Origin: a virus
IMG/VR virus record: IMGVR_UViG_3300033074_001474
Span: 1-47,445 of that record
Length of the DNA: 47,445 nt
Strand: one strand, 5' to 3'
Of the stretch, positions 1-7,569 are shown in pieces. The position numbers were made by a program, and so were the translations under genes. The notes under the pieces were generated by a model. That model was not told the DNA's origin. It searched no databases and saw nothing but the letters and a program-made list of their open reading frames with translations. How positions within the stretch are numbered: position 1 is the first letter of the stretch; each line of letters starts with the position of its first letter.

Positions 1-96
1 GCCGTAGCCGTCGCCGTAGCCGTTGCCGTTGCCGTAGCCGTCGCCGTCGCCGTTGCCGTTGCCGTAGCCGTCGCCGTCGCCGTAGCCGTAGCCGTA
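1..96. repeat. GCCGTN hexanucleotide array (N = A/T/C only), copy 2; runs off the window start and continues from 47380..47445
   Basis: 16 perfect in-phase hexamers gccgt[a/t/c]. The first 60 nt are identical to 47386..47445. Confidence 0.9.
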
Positions 97-138
97 GGAT
101 GTTTTTTGATCTTCAAAATTTATTGTTCTTTTAGACAT
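1..138 (-). CDS. (Tyr/Asn/Asp)-Gly dipeptide-repeat small protein, copy 2, 5' part (3' end at 47374..47445 if the window is circular; about 49 aa)
   Basis: ATG at 138 gives the same N-terminus, MSKRTINFEDQKTS, as the 46517..46756 ORF. The ATG lies inside ATGTCTAA, overlapping the stop of the upstream 112-aa ORF. Confidence 0.55.
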   Translation of the reverse strand, partial: MSKRTINFEDQKTSYGYGYGDGDGYGNGNGDGDGYGNGNGYGDGYG

Positions 139-469
139 ATTTTTTCCAAAGAGTTTGATTACAGCTTATTGCTGTAACAACTGTTAGATAATCGAATTCT
201 ACTAATCCATTAGTGGGATCTAATTTTGTTGAAGAAGTTGGACCATTTCCCGCTATTTCTCCTAATCCTCTTGTTGTTCCCCAATTACGAATTACACTCG
301 CTCCATGGAGTTTACATTCACTTCCATTTCTCTCTAAACGCCCCACCATTACCCAGCCACGCTGCAATACTATTATTTTTATATCCCCTTCGTACTGCTG
401 TTTTTGTTCTGAACCTTTTTGTACGTAAGTGACTCCATTTATTTGAATCTCTGTTACTTCTTGTTTCAT
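131..469 (-). CDS. hypothetical protein, 112 aa (identical second copy at 46749..47087)
   Basis: ORF track. The protein duplicate is identical. GGAG-type RBS upstream. No family recognised. Confidence 0.7.
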   Translation of the reverse strand: MKQEVTEIQINGVTYVQKGSEQKQQYEGDIKIIVLQRGWVMVGRLERNGSECKLHGASVIRNWGTTRGLGEIAGNGPTSSTKLDPTNGLVEFDYLTVVTAISCNQTLWKKYV

Positions 470-502
470 TTTACTTCTCCTTTGTTTAAATTGATAATTT
501 CT

Positions 503-691
503 TTATTTCCCATGATTCCACATCCAAGGGGTGCTCTTTTTAACGCTTAACTCCTGAACTAATTTCTCTTGTGATGTAACCTTTAAATCCTTTAGTATAC
601 TAGGCACCAAGATAGCTGCTACTAGCACACTTAAAGCCAAACTATTACCTTTCATCTGAACGCTCCCACTCTTTTTCTGCATGACTTGCAT
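503..691 (-). CDS. small membrane/secreted protein (62 aa from the ATG at 691)
   Basis: Hydrophobic stretch LALSVLVAAILVPSIL. GAGGGAG lies 6 nt upstream of the ATG at 691. The longer 721 start lies outside the duplicated segment. Confidence 0.5.
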   Translation of the reverse strand: MQVMQKKSGSVQMKGNSLALSVLVAAILVPSILKDLKVTSQEKLVQELSVKKSTPWMWNHGK

Positions 692-923
692 TGTAATCTC
701 CCTCAAAATCTTGATACTCATATAAGTTAATCATAGCTTCTTTTTCTTCTAACTTCCAATTTATTTTTTCATATGTCTCAAAATCGATATTAACAGCCTT
801 CCCATCTTGGGATGTTATATCAACGTCTTGTATTAATATCCCATTAACAGGAGAAAATTTTAAACTAAAGGATACTAATAACCCCTCATACTCAAAACTT
901 CTTTCATACATATCTTGGCTCAT
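645..923 (-). CDS. hypothetical acidic protein, 92 aa
   Basis: ORF track. Its last 59 nt are duplicated and fused into the chimeric ORF at 47263..47370. Confidence 0.6.
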   Translation of the reverse strand: MSQDMYERSFEYEGLLVSFSLKFSPVNGILIQDVDITSQDGKAVNIDFETYEKINWKLEEKEAMINLYEYQDFEGDYNASHAEKEWERSDER

Positions 924-1195
924 AGTCCTTCGCCCCCATCTTTCTTTTCTTTTGGTTTTTCCTTATACTTAGGACACCAGTGAGAGTGCCAATACTGTGA
1001 CTCTTCAGTTTGCTTGTATGTTACATCAACGCCGCACTCGCATTTAGCTGATATAAACCTTGCTTGATCGTTCTCTGCGCCCATCCAGTCCATGAAGCTA
1101 TCTTGATTTCCTGGTGGTAGTTTGGGGGACCAAGACCCTGACATAGTTACTTTTATATATTTCCATACTTCTTCATTTTCTTCTTTAGTAAACAT
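920..1195 (-). CDS. hypothetical Cys/His-containing protein, 91 aa
   Basis: ORF track. 4-nt start/stop overlap with neighbours. CECG...HSHWC is a possible metal-binding motif. Confidence 0.6.
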   Translation of the reverse strand: MFTKEENEEVWKYIKVTMSGSWSPKLPPGNQDSFMDWMGAENDQARFISAKCECGVDVTYKQTEESQYWHSHWCPKYKEKPKEKKDGGEGL

Positions 1196-1525
1196 CTATT
1201 TACCCTGTTGACCTTGTTGTTCCTGTTGTGATTGAATAAAGTCTAAGAACTTTTGCATGAAAGCTTGAGATTTCTCTGAAATACATGCAGCTACGAATTG
1301 TTCAAAAGGAGGAGTATCTCTTTGTAACCCCCCTTGAATAGCTAGGGATTCGCACTCAGCCCTAAAGATTTGCTCTAATTGAGCGGAGATTTCGATTGAG
1401 TGGACAATCCTAGCGGTAGCTTCGCCTGATGTTACGATGTCTAATCTTTTGGGAATGTTTACTCTGTTATTAAACCCACATGAACATAAGCTAATAACTG
1501 CTAAACTTAACATTAACTGTTTCAT
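1196..1525 (-). CDS. secreted protein / lipoprotein candidate, 109 aa
   Basis: N-terminal signal-like MKQLMLSLAVISLCSCG. Confidence 0.6.
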   Translation of the reverse strand: MKQLMLSLAVISLCSCGFNNRVNIPKRLDIVTSGEATARIVHSIEISAQLEQIFRAECESLAIQGGLQRDTPPFEQFVAACISEKSQAFMQKFLDFIQSQQEQQGQQGK

Positions 1526-1533
1526 TTTAATAT

Positions 1534-1872
1534 CTACCCTTCCCTATGCCATTTTAATTTGTAACTGTCATATCCTAGGTCTATAATCTGTTTATAAAGC
1601 TTGTCTAAATTCTCATCTAAAGTATTTCTGTCTTTTATACTATTTTTGTATTTCTTTATGCAACTTTTAATTTCTTTCGCATTATACAAAGAATCAATAT
1701 AACGTTTAGCATCCTTTAAACTCTCAAACTTCTTTAGTCCAACTCTGAAAATTTCATAACTAATTTCTTGATATGTACCTGTACCTCTGGTATCACATCC
1801 TTCTCTCTCTCGAATTTCTTTATAATGAGATTCCCATTCAGTTTTTATTTTCTTATTTTTGTAAGTAATCAT
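1534..1872 (-). CDS. hypothetical protein, 112 aa
   Basis: ORF track. Same-strand operon packing. Confidence 0.6.
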   Translation of the reverse strand: MITYKNKKIKTEWESHYKEIREREGCDTRGTGTYQEISYEIFRVGLKKFESLKDAKRYIDSLYNAKEIKSCIKKYKNSIKDRNTLDENLDKLYKQIIDLGYDSYKLKWHREG

Positions 1873-1958
1873 TTTAAATCCTCACCATTAATACCAAGAC
1901 CACTATTTAAATCTTCATAAATTTCTTGTAAATGCTTTAAATCGTTTATCTTTTTCAT
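1869..1958 (-). CDS. 29-aa mini-ORF (MKKINDLKHLQEIYEDLNSGLGINGEDLK)
   Basis: Fills the gap between two genes exactly, with an ATGA start/stop overlap at both ends. Below the ORF-track size cutoff. Confidence 0.3.
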   Translation of the reverse strand: MKKINDLKHLQEIYEDLNSGLGINGEDLK

Positions 1959-2716
1959 CCTAACACCTCTTTCAATTCTTGTCTTATCTTGTCATCTTGT
2001 TTAGCTTGAAAATACTTATCAGCCGTTGTGATTGATGACCAGCCAAAGATTCTTTTAATATCAGCATGAGAAAATCCCGACCTAGAGAGTTTTGTAGCAA
2101 GAAGTTTTCTGAGTGAATGTGGTTTAAGCCCAATCTCTCTAAGAGCCTTTCTCACTTGGTACTCTCCTGGAAGTTTCCCTCTGTAGTCAAAAAATACAGT
2201 TCTCTCAATCCCGCCCTTACCAATCACAGACGATGTCTCATGATTTACGTTGTAAGCTTCTTCAATCCTAAGTCCTGAATTCAAAAGGGCCATGCAAAAT
2301 CCGCGAACAGCTTCGTCTTTAATCAAACTAATTTTCTCCCTAGCAGTATCGAAATCTATTTTCAATCTCTCTGGTCTGTAGGCTCTGTTCATTGCTGTAC
2401 GACTTCGGTGCATTTCATTCTTAAAGGGGTTTAAGCCCTTAGGGAATGCGCCCTTGTTAGCTCCAAACTCATAATAAGAGGCTGCACGTATTAGCATAGT
2501 CTTTATCGTATAAGAGCCGTAGCCTCTATCCGTGAGGCTTTTATGAAATTCATTTCCTGACATACCAGTCTCTGTTTTAATAATGTGAATAATTTTCTTA
2601 AGCCTAGCTGCTTCTGATTTATAACAAGATTCAGTCCAAGCTGTTTTATGAAAGTCTAAATACTTGTCGTAAAGTTCCCAATAAGTATCTCTTAAATCAA
2701 CCGTTATTTTTTCCAT
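1955..2716 (-). CDS. tyrosine recombinase / integrase-family protein (short, 253 aa)
   Basis: Catalytic-type motifs: SGLRIEEA (Arg), GKGGIERTV (Lys), PHSLRKLLAT (H-x-x-R), GWSSITTADKYF (Trp/His position plus nucleophile Tyr). Confidence 0.8.
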   Translation of the reverse strand: MEKITVDLRDTYWELYDKYLDFHKTAWTESCYKSEAARLKKIIHIIKTETGMSGNEFHKSLTDRGYGSYTIKTMLIRAASYYEFGANKGAFPKGLNPFKNEMHRSRTAMNRAYRPERLKIDFDTAREKISLIKDEAVRGFCMALLNSGLRIEEAYNVNHETSSVIGKGGIERTVFFDYRGKLPGEYQVRKALREIGLKPHSLRKLLATKLSRSGFSHADIKRIFGWSSITTADKYFQAKQDDKIRQELKEVLG

Positions 2717-3152
2717 CTAATCCTCTTGCATTAAGATTAGATTGGTTTTGTGAAATAGTCAATCGATTTAAGGTTTCATTCTGTACTTTTAATATCTCAA
2801 TGAAAGAATTCATAGCCTCTTCGAGCGCAACTACGCGGGACTCAAGAGGATTTGGTTGTGGAGCTTGAATCTCAGGTTGAGATTGGATTTCTGGCTGTGT
2901 CTGGATTTGAGACGCAGCGACTTCATTAGCTGCAGCTTCTTGTGATCCTCTTTTTGCCATTATTGCTGTTAGCATTGAATTTGATCCAGAATACGTTGCA
3001 ATAACTCCAAGAATCCCAACAACAACTTCTGTTGTCAGATTCATTGGATTAAGACTAGCTAAGATAACAAGTGCTACCATCCCAATTAAAGAGAGTAAGA
3101 ATTTTCTTCCGCCAAAGCGTTGAAAAACATCCTTTGATTCATTTTCATTCAT
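2697..3152 (-). CDS. membrane protein, 151 aa
   Basis: Two hydrophobic helices (FLLSLIGMVALVILA, VVVGILGVIATY). QPEIQ short repeats. Confidence 0.6.
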   Translation of the reverse strand: MNENESKDVFQRFGGRKFLLSLIGMVALVILASLNPMNLTTEVVVGILGVIATYSGSNSMLTAIMAKRGSQEAAANEVAASQIQTQPEIQSQPEIQAPQPNPLESRVVALEEAMNSFIEILKVQNETLNRLTISQNQSNLNARGLDGKNNG

Positions 3153-3568
3153 ATAAGTCGTCCTTTTACTTGTTTATTGTTTACAATTAATCCTGATAAT
3201 TGGTCATACTTCTCTTCAGGAGTTAGAAATGACCTGACAAATTTTACATATTCTTCTTTACCTGGATGCCAAAAAGTTTTGGTCTCATGAGCTACTGTTG
3301 TGTAGTATAATAATTTTTCTAGCGCATCTTTTGGAATCTCAACTTCTAAATTGATTCTGCCTTGAAGCTTGTCGGCAGACTCCTCTGCGTCTAGATAGTA
3401 GATTTCTGGATCTGATATTCCAATATAGAAATGATATAAGAGTACGGCCATCTGACTTAATGTCACCGTTCTTTTGTCACTCTCTAATGAAGTAGGTTCC
3501 TTAGGCTTTTTTACCCTAGCCAAATCTCTTTGGTAGGAGACTAAAGAACCAGACTTTTTAATGTTCAT
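3149..3568 (-). CDS. hypothetical protein, 139 aa
   Basis: ORF track. GAGGAAG RBS upstream of the ATG at 3568. Confidence 0.6.
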   Translation of the reverse strand: MNIKKSGSLVSYQRDLARVKKPKEPTSLESDKRTVTLSQMAVLLYHFYIGISDPEIYYLDAEESADKLQGRINLEVEIPKDALEKLLYYTTVAHETKTFWHPGKEEYVKFVRSFLTPEEKYDQLSGLIVNNKQVKGRLI

Positions 3569-3588
3569 ACTTCCTCAATAATCAAAAA

Positions 3589-3806
3589 GCGTCCTGTGCC
3601 CCGCGCGACTGAGACTTAACTTAAAGGGACGTCTTTAAGCCGCTCGTACTTAACGTCCTAATGTACGTGACTGCGTGTCTCTAGTGGGTGATACGTTTAC
3701 TACTCGGAACAGCCTTTCGACCACGCACCCACAGCTTTTTCCAACGCTCACTTTTCAGTTCACGTCAGAATCCAACTTTCGTTGGCTTCCACGCCGACAG
3801 GACATA
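3589..3806 (-). ncRNA. candidate structured RNA element in a GC-rich ORF-free island
   Basis: No ORF in any frame. Closing helix gtcctgt (3591-3597) / acaggac (3798-3804). On the '-' (transcribed) strand there are two GAAA-capped hairpins (CCAAC-GAAA-GUUGG at 3771-3785; GGUC-GAAA-GGCU near 3712-3723). Further helices: cttaaag/ctttaag (3620-3639), cgtac/gtacg (3645-3667), GUGGGUG/CACCCAC. Confidence 0.35.
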
Positions 3807-3815
3807 AAAATTTCT

Positions 3816-4154
3816 TTATTTACCCTTTAAAGAAGCAATGCGGCTTGAAGTTCCAGTTGCAACAGCTCCGGCTTTAGGGGTGCTAGCTTTTTTACTAAAA
3901 ACTTCACCCTTCTCCTGAACTTCCTTTACAAACAAAAATGCAGTGTCATCGCTATAGTGGATTTGAAGCTTAACTCGTGCTTTAATTTTACCAAGCTCTT
4001 CAATAATTTGTTTAGTTTCCTCTTCAGAAAATCTCAAGTCAAGCTTAGTTCGGCCCTTAGAATCCTCGCCTACAGATTTTGATTTAACAAAAATCAATGT
4101 GTCTTTAGGAAGTGCTTCAGTTGTTGAAGCTGTTTGTTCAGTTTGTTGTTCCAT
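3816..4154 (-). CDS. hypothetical protein, 112 aa
   Basis: ORF track. Confidence 0.6.
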   Translation of the reverse strand: MEQQTEQTASTTEALPKDTLIFVKSKSVGEDSKGRTKLDLRFSEEETKQIIEELGKIKARVKLQIHYSDDTAFLFVKEVQEKGEVFSKKASTPKAGAVATGTSSRIASLKGK

Positions 4155-4365
4155 TTATATTTTCTCCTTGTTTAAGTTGTGCCATTTTGGCAAGAATATC
4201 TTGTTTAGTTTCTCTTACTGGTAAGCTTACGCCGCCCGCTAATAACACTATGACACCCATTGTTGGGCTTTCGGTTAGTCCTAAAACTTTGTCACTAAAA
4301 ATAGTTATTGTTTGTCCACCAGGGACCTTATTTAGTCCGTGAGATAATGTTAAGTCGATAGTCAT
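4138..4365 (-). CDS. hypothetical protein, 75 aa
   Basis: ORF track. Co-oriented with neighbours, with short overlaps. Confidence 0.5.
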   Translation of the reverse strand: MTIDLTLSHGLNKVPGGQTITIFSDKVLGLTESPTMGVIVLLAGGVSLPVRETKQDILAKMAQLKQGENINGTTN

Positions 4366-4760
4366 AGTCCAGCCTCAATATTTGTTAAAAGTTCTGCGTA
4401 CATTGAGTCAGTAGCTGCGGCTTTGTTAATGTACTCTTTATAACGCTCTTTTAAATCTTCTTTCTCTTCTTTTTTCATCCTCTCTTCATAACCTGGGATT
4501 AATAGTTCATTTAAAAGCTTCCGTCCATTTAGACATAATGACTGAAGTGCTCTGAGCTCTTGTCTATTAAAGTTTATATCTTTTAGGTGCATTTCCTTTG
4601 GAGCTCCAAGTGGTATCATCTTATTTAGTAAAGACTTAAGAAGCTTATACTCTGCTTGTTTTCTACGCACTTCCCTGGGAGTTGTTTTATTTCTGTGATC
4701 ATATAATTTTTGAAGTTGTCTTACAATTAGGTTGAACTGTTCTTCTGATTTAAATTTCAT
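4362..4760 (-). CDS. hypothetical protein, 132 aa
   Basis: ORF track. 4-nt overlaps. Confidence 0.6.
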   Translation of the reverse strand: MKFKSEEQFNLIVRQLQKLYDHRNKTTPREVRRKQAEYKLLKSLLNKMIPLGAPKEMHLKDINFNRQELRALQSLCLNGRKLLNELLIPGYEERMKKEEKEDLKERYKEYINKAAATDSMYAELLTNIEAGL

Positions 4761-5047
4761 TTAAAAGCCTCTTTCGTTAAAATTGGTCCAATAGTTGATC
4801 CAAATGGGGTTTCCTTTTTCTTTGCTTTTCTAAAGTTCTTGTGCGACTCCCCACACCTATGGCAATTCAAGAACTCTTGTTTGTACGAGGGTGGTCTGTC
4901 CTTAATTCCATAGCTCTCACGAGTTTCCTCTGAAAATTTAAGCCAGTGATCTATCCAAGTATCCTGCCAGTCTAGAACATACTCTAAACTAACTTCGAAA
5001 TGTACCCAGCCGCAGCTGCAGCATATTACTTCCTTATTTTCTTTCAT
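4757..5047 (-). CDS. zinc-ribbon-like protein, 96 aa
   Basis: CCSCGW ... CHRCG cysteine pairs. Confidence 0.6.
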   Translation of the reverse strand: MKENKEVICCSCGWVHFEVSLEYVLDWQDTWIDHWLKFSEETRESYGIKDRPPSYKQEFLNCHRCGESHKNFRKAKKKETPFGSTIGPILTKEAFK

Positions 5048-5319
5048 TAAGGTATTCCTGGCTTAGTTCTTTTTATATTAAGTTTGTTAGTTATATTTAT
5101 CCAATCGGATTTTTGCTCTACTGGGATCAGTATCTCTTGGATCATATCCCCATAGGGTCTATATGGGGCTCCAGCGTAACCGAGGTTTACCCAATTAACT
5201 GAAATATTCAAGTTATCTGGGCTTTTATAATTTATTTTTTTAACTTCAATACCTACATCCATAGCATTTTTATGCATATAAGTATCCCCAACTTCGAAAT
5301 GATTATCAAATGCTATCAT
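5047..5319 (-). CDS. hypothetical protein, 90 aa
   Basis: ORF track. Confidence 0.6.
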   Translation of the reverse strand: MIAFDNHFEVGDTYMHKNAMDVGIEVKKINYKSPDNLNISVNWVNLGYAGAPYRPYGDMIQEILIPVEQKSDWINITNKLNIKRTKPGIP

Positions 5320-6521
5320 AACTTGCTCCGTCTAAGGTCCATTGAGTTCTTTAGCACTTTGAGTTCATATATAGGTCCGCCGTATTCTAATTGCACCTTA
5401 TAAACCTTATTCTCATATAATACCTTCATTAGTTGCTCTTGTAAAGCTTCTCTTTCTTTAGCCGTGTCTGTTAGATTGTGGAATCTTTTTAAATCTTCAA
5501 CAAAGGTCTCGCCCAATTCTATAGCCTTTTTAGGCCAATCCTTGTTTGGTAAAGTTTTAAAAAATGCTTTTAGGGTGTCCAGACCCTTCCAACAATCTTT
5601 CTTATAGCTACAAAAAGCGCACTTCATATTACCTGGACTAAACTCCTGTTTAGCAAGGGTTACATCCCCCACTTCTGCGGCCTTAGTTGCATTCTTGAAT
5701 CGTTGTTCTACTTCATTGTACAATCCTTGACTTGGTTTAAAACGAATCTCTCTAAGTCTACTTGAGTTTTTGTCATAGTAAAGAAGTGCTGCATGATCAA
5801 AGCCCTTAGCTTTAAAGAAGTCTGATAACACATATAAATTTAATTGATAAAAATTCATAGCCATGAAGGGATCATTTAATTCTTTTAGGAATGACTGAAC
5901 ATCCTCAACATACCATCCATCATGGGAGTCTGGTATTGGAACTATTGTATGCATCTCTTTAAACCTCTCTGACTGCTCATCCCAGGAATCCTTAAAGTAG
6001 TTTGAGTGTTTTACTTTTTTTGACTTAACGTCTATTAACACCTTCCATCCGTGTGATTCATTCTGAAACGCGGCATCTGTAGAACCCTCAATATAGGTAT
6101 TAAGTTTAGGGTTTGATGATTCTATTTTAAAGAATAATAAGCTTTGCTGCTGGTAGGAGATTTTTAAAAGCTCTACTTGTTTGAATTGATATAGAAGGTG
6201 ACTTTCAATGCTGTGACCTAAACTAAATATTAACTGTGTCTCTGGGTCTAGCGGTTCTTTCTCATAGAAAGCTTGGCCGGAGAATTCCATTAGCTCATAA
6301 GCTAGCTCTCTCTCGCACTTTCCCGCACTACTAGGTCTTAGAGGGTTCTTTTTTCCGCCATTTTCTTTTAAATCATCTAATTCTTTTTTAGACTTTTCAA
6401 ATAAATGGTCTCTAAGCAAGTCCGTATAAGCTACAGGACACCCAGGAATCTGGACGTTAGAAGCTTTATCCTTTTTCTTGATAGGATTTGTTATATCAAA
6501 GTCCTCGTTATCTTCTATCAT
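5316..6521 (-). CDS. PD-(D/E)XK exonuclease with Cas4/AddB-type Cys cluster
   Basis: N-terminal Cys (SSAGKCERE), IDVKSKK (D-x-K core), C-terminal CAFCSYKKDC (C-x2-C-x5-C). Confidence 0.7.
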   Translation of the reverse strand: MIEDNEDFDITNPIKKKDKASNVQIPGCPVAYTDLLRDHLFEKSKKELDDLKENGGKKNPLRPSSAGKCERELAYELMEFSGQAFYEKEPLDPETQLIFSLGHSIESHLLYQFKQVELLKISYQQQSLLFFKIESSNPKLNTYIEGSTDAAFQNESHGWKVLIDVKSKKVKHSNYFKDSWDEQSERFKEMHTIVPIPDSHDGWYVEDVQSFLKELNDPFMAMNFYQLNLYVLSDFFKAKGFDHAALLYYDKNSSRLREIRFKPSQGLYNEVEQRFKNATKAAEVGDVTLAKQEFSPGNMKCAFCSYKKDCWKGLDTLKAFFKTLPNKDWPKKAIELGETFVEDLKRFHNLTDTAKEREALQEQLMKVLYENKVYKVQLEYGGPIYELKVLKNSMDLRRSKL

Positions 6522-6522
6522 C

Positions 6523-6873
6523 CTAGACTTCTTTCTTTAAATGTTTTTCTATATCTTTTTCAAATCTGTTATCTAAATCTTTGTAGTTATGTATAGTATA
6601 GCATGCCATAGCTAATGACGCCAACGCGTGCCCTAAATGGGTAACGCCAGATTCAGGATCTAATGTCTCCCCATCAAGATGCTGGTAGATGTGTCTTACA
6701 GCAGCTGCTATCTGCCTACTAACTAGCATCCCATTTCTAAAATTATTTTTCCCATACTTCTTCTGTCCGTATGAGAAGGCTCTACCCATTTCCCACATAG
6801 CTTCTTTTGGAATATCCGTAAGGTCTGGTTTATCTCCGTCGAATTTTTTCCCTATGTTATCACTCACAAGCAC
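6523..6873 (-). CDS. DUF5664 / dATP-dGTP diphosphohydrolase N-terminal-like domain protein
   Basis: KFDGDKPDL..IPKEAMWEMGRAFSYGQKKYGKNNFRNG..SR..AA..RH...H..GE..DPESGVTHLGHA matches my recollection of this common phage domain. GTG start; 6867 is an alternative. Confidence 0.5.
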   Translation of the reverse strand: MLVSDNIGKKFDGDKPDLTDIPKEAMWEMGRAFSYGQKKYGKNNFRNGMLVSRQIAAAVRHIYQHLDGETLDPESGVTHLGHALASLAMACYTIHNYKDLDNRFEKDIEKHLKKEV

Positions 6874-7014
6874 GCTCCAATAAGTAAATCAATTGCATGT
6901 AACAATTTTGTTGTCATATTCTCGTAAGAATAAATCATTCCTTGCTGGAATAAGACAAATAGAACTAGCAAAACAGTTACTACTACCAAAAATGTTTTTG
7001 ATACTGTATCTTCT

Positions 7015-7569
7015 TTATTCCCCATTTTTCTTCCTCTTTTTATATTTTTTCCAGTTTTTCTTATTATACTCTTTCATATAAGCTTTTCTATCCACAGGTA
7101 GTTTAATTTTCCTTCTATTTAAGTTTTGCGTTTTATATGTAGCCCATCTTACATTTCCTGGCTCGTAGTTACCATTATTATCAATTCTATCTATGGTTAG
7201 ACCTTCTTTAGGTAGATTGTCCATATAGTCTTTAAATAGCTGAAAATTATTTTTCCAGTCCTCATATACAGAAATCCCTCGGCCACCATAGTGCATAAAT
7301 TTTTTATCTTTAGCATTATAACACCTCTGTATGATGCTTACCCAAACTTTATACAACTTTGTATCACTTGCCCCATGCCGCATTGTAGAACAAGATCTAC
7401 AACTCTTTGTTAATCCTCTTGTAACATTCTCAAGAAAAGGATAAAATATAACCCCGCAAGTATCGCAGAAAACCTCAGCAATATAGCGTCTTTTTGGGGT
7501 CGTTCGCTCTGGCCTATTATCAATATAATCCTTAAAAGAGAATCTGTTATTTAATATTACTACTCCCAT
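7015..7569 (-). CDS. HNH_3-like (degenerate, D-R) homing-endonuclease-like protein
   Basis: YKVWVSIIQRCYN...YGGRGISVYEDW...TIDRIDNNGNYEPGNVRWAT..QN.N. N-terminal Cys pairs. Paralog of 13706..14284. Its start overlaps the DNA polymerase stop by 10 nt. Confidence 0.6.
   Translation of the reverse strand: MGVVILNNRFSFKDYIDNRPERTTPKRRYIAEVFCDTCGVIFYPFLENVTRGLTKSCRSCSTMRHGASDTKLYKVWVSIIQRCYNAKDKKFMHYGGRGISVYEDWKNNFQLFKDYMDNLPKEGLTIDRIDNNGNYEPGNVRWATYKTQNLNRRKIKLPVDRKAYMKEYNKKNWKKYKKRKKNGE

Noticed and set aside
1-705. Interpreting 1..705 and 46619..47323 as direct terminal repeats of a linear genome.
   Set aside because: The window continues past 47323 into a copy of 46467.. across a CCTCA microhomology, and its last 60 nt equal its first 60 nt. 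That pattern fits a tandem duplication in a circularly represented genome better than terminal repeats. The arrays in the two copies also differ in length. Physical ends remain unknown.
3570-3815. tRNA, tmRNA or RNase P fragment in the GC-rich island.
   Set aside because: There is no T-loop (GTTCRAWYC), no acceptor/anticodon architecture and no RNase P P4 motif on either strand. It is kept only as an unclassified structured-RNA candidate.
6893-7081. Plus-strand 62-aa ORF in the gap between two leftward genes, and the similar 20249..20521(-) ORF overlapping the HNH gene.
   Set aside because: Phe/Leu-rich translations of AT-rich sequence on the non-operon strand, with no RBS. They are likely spurious.
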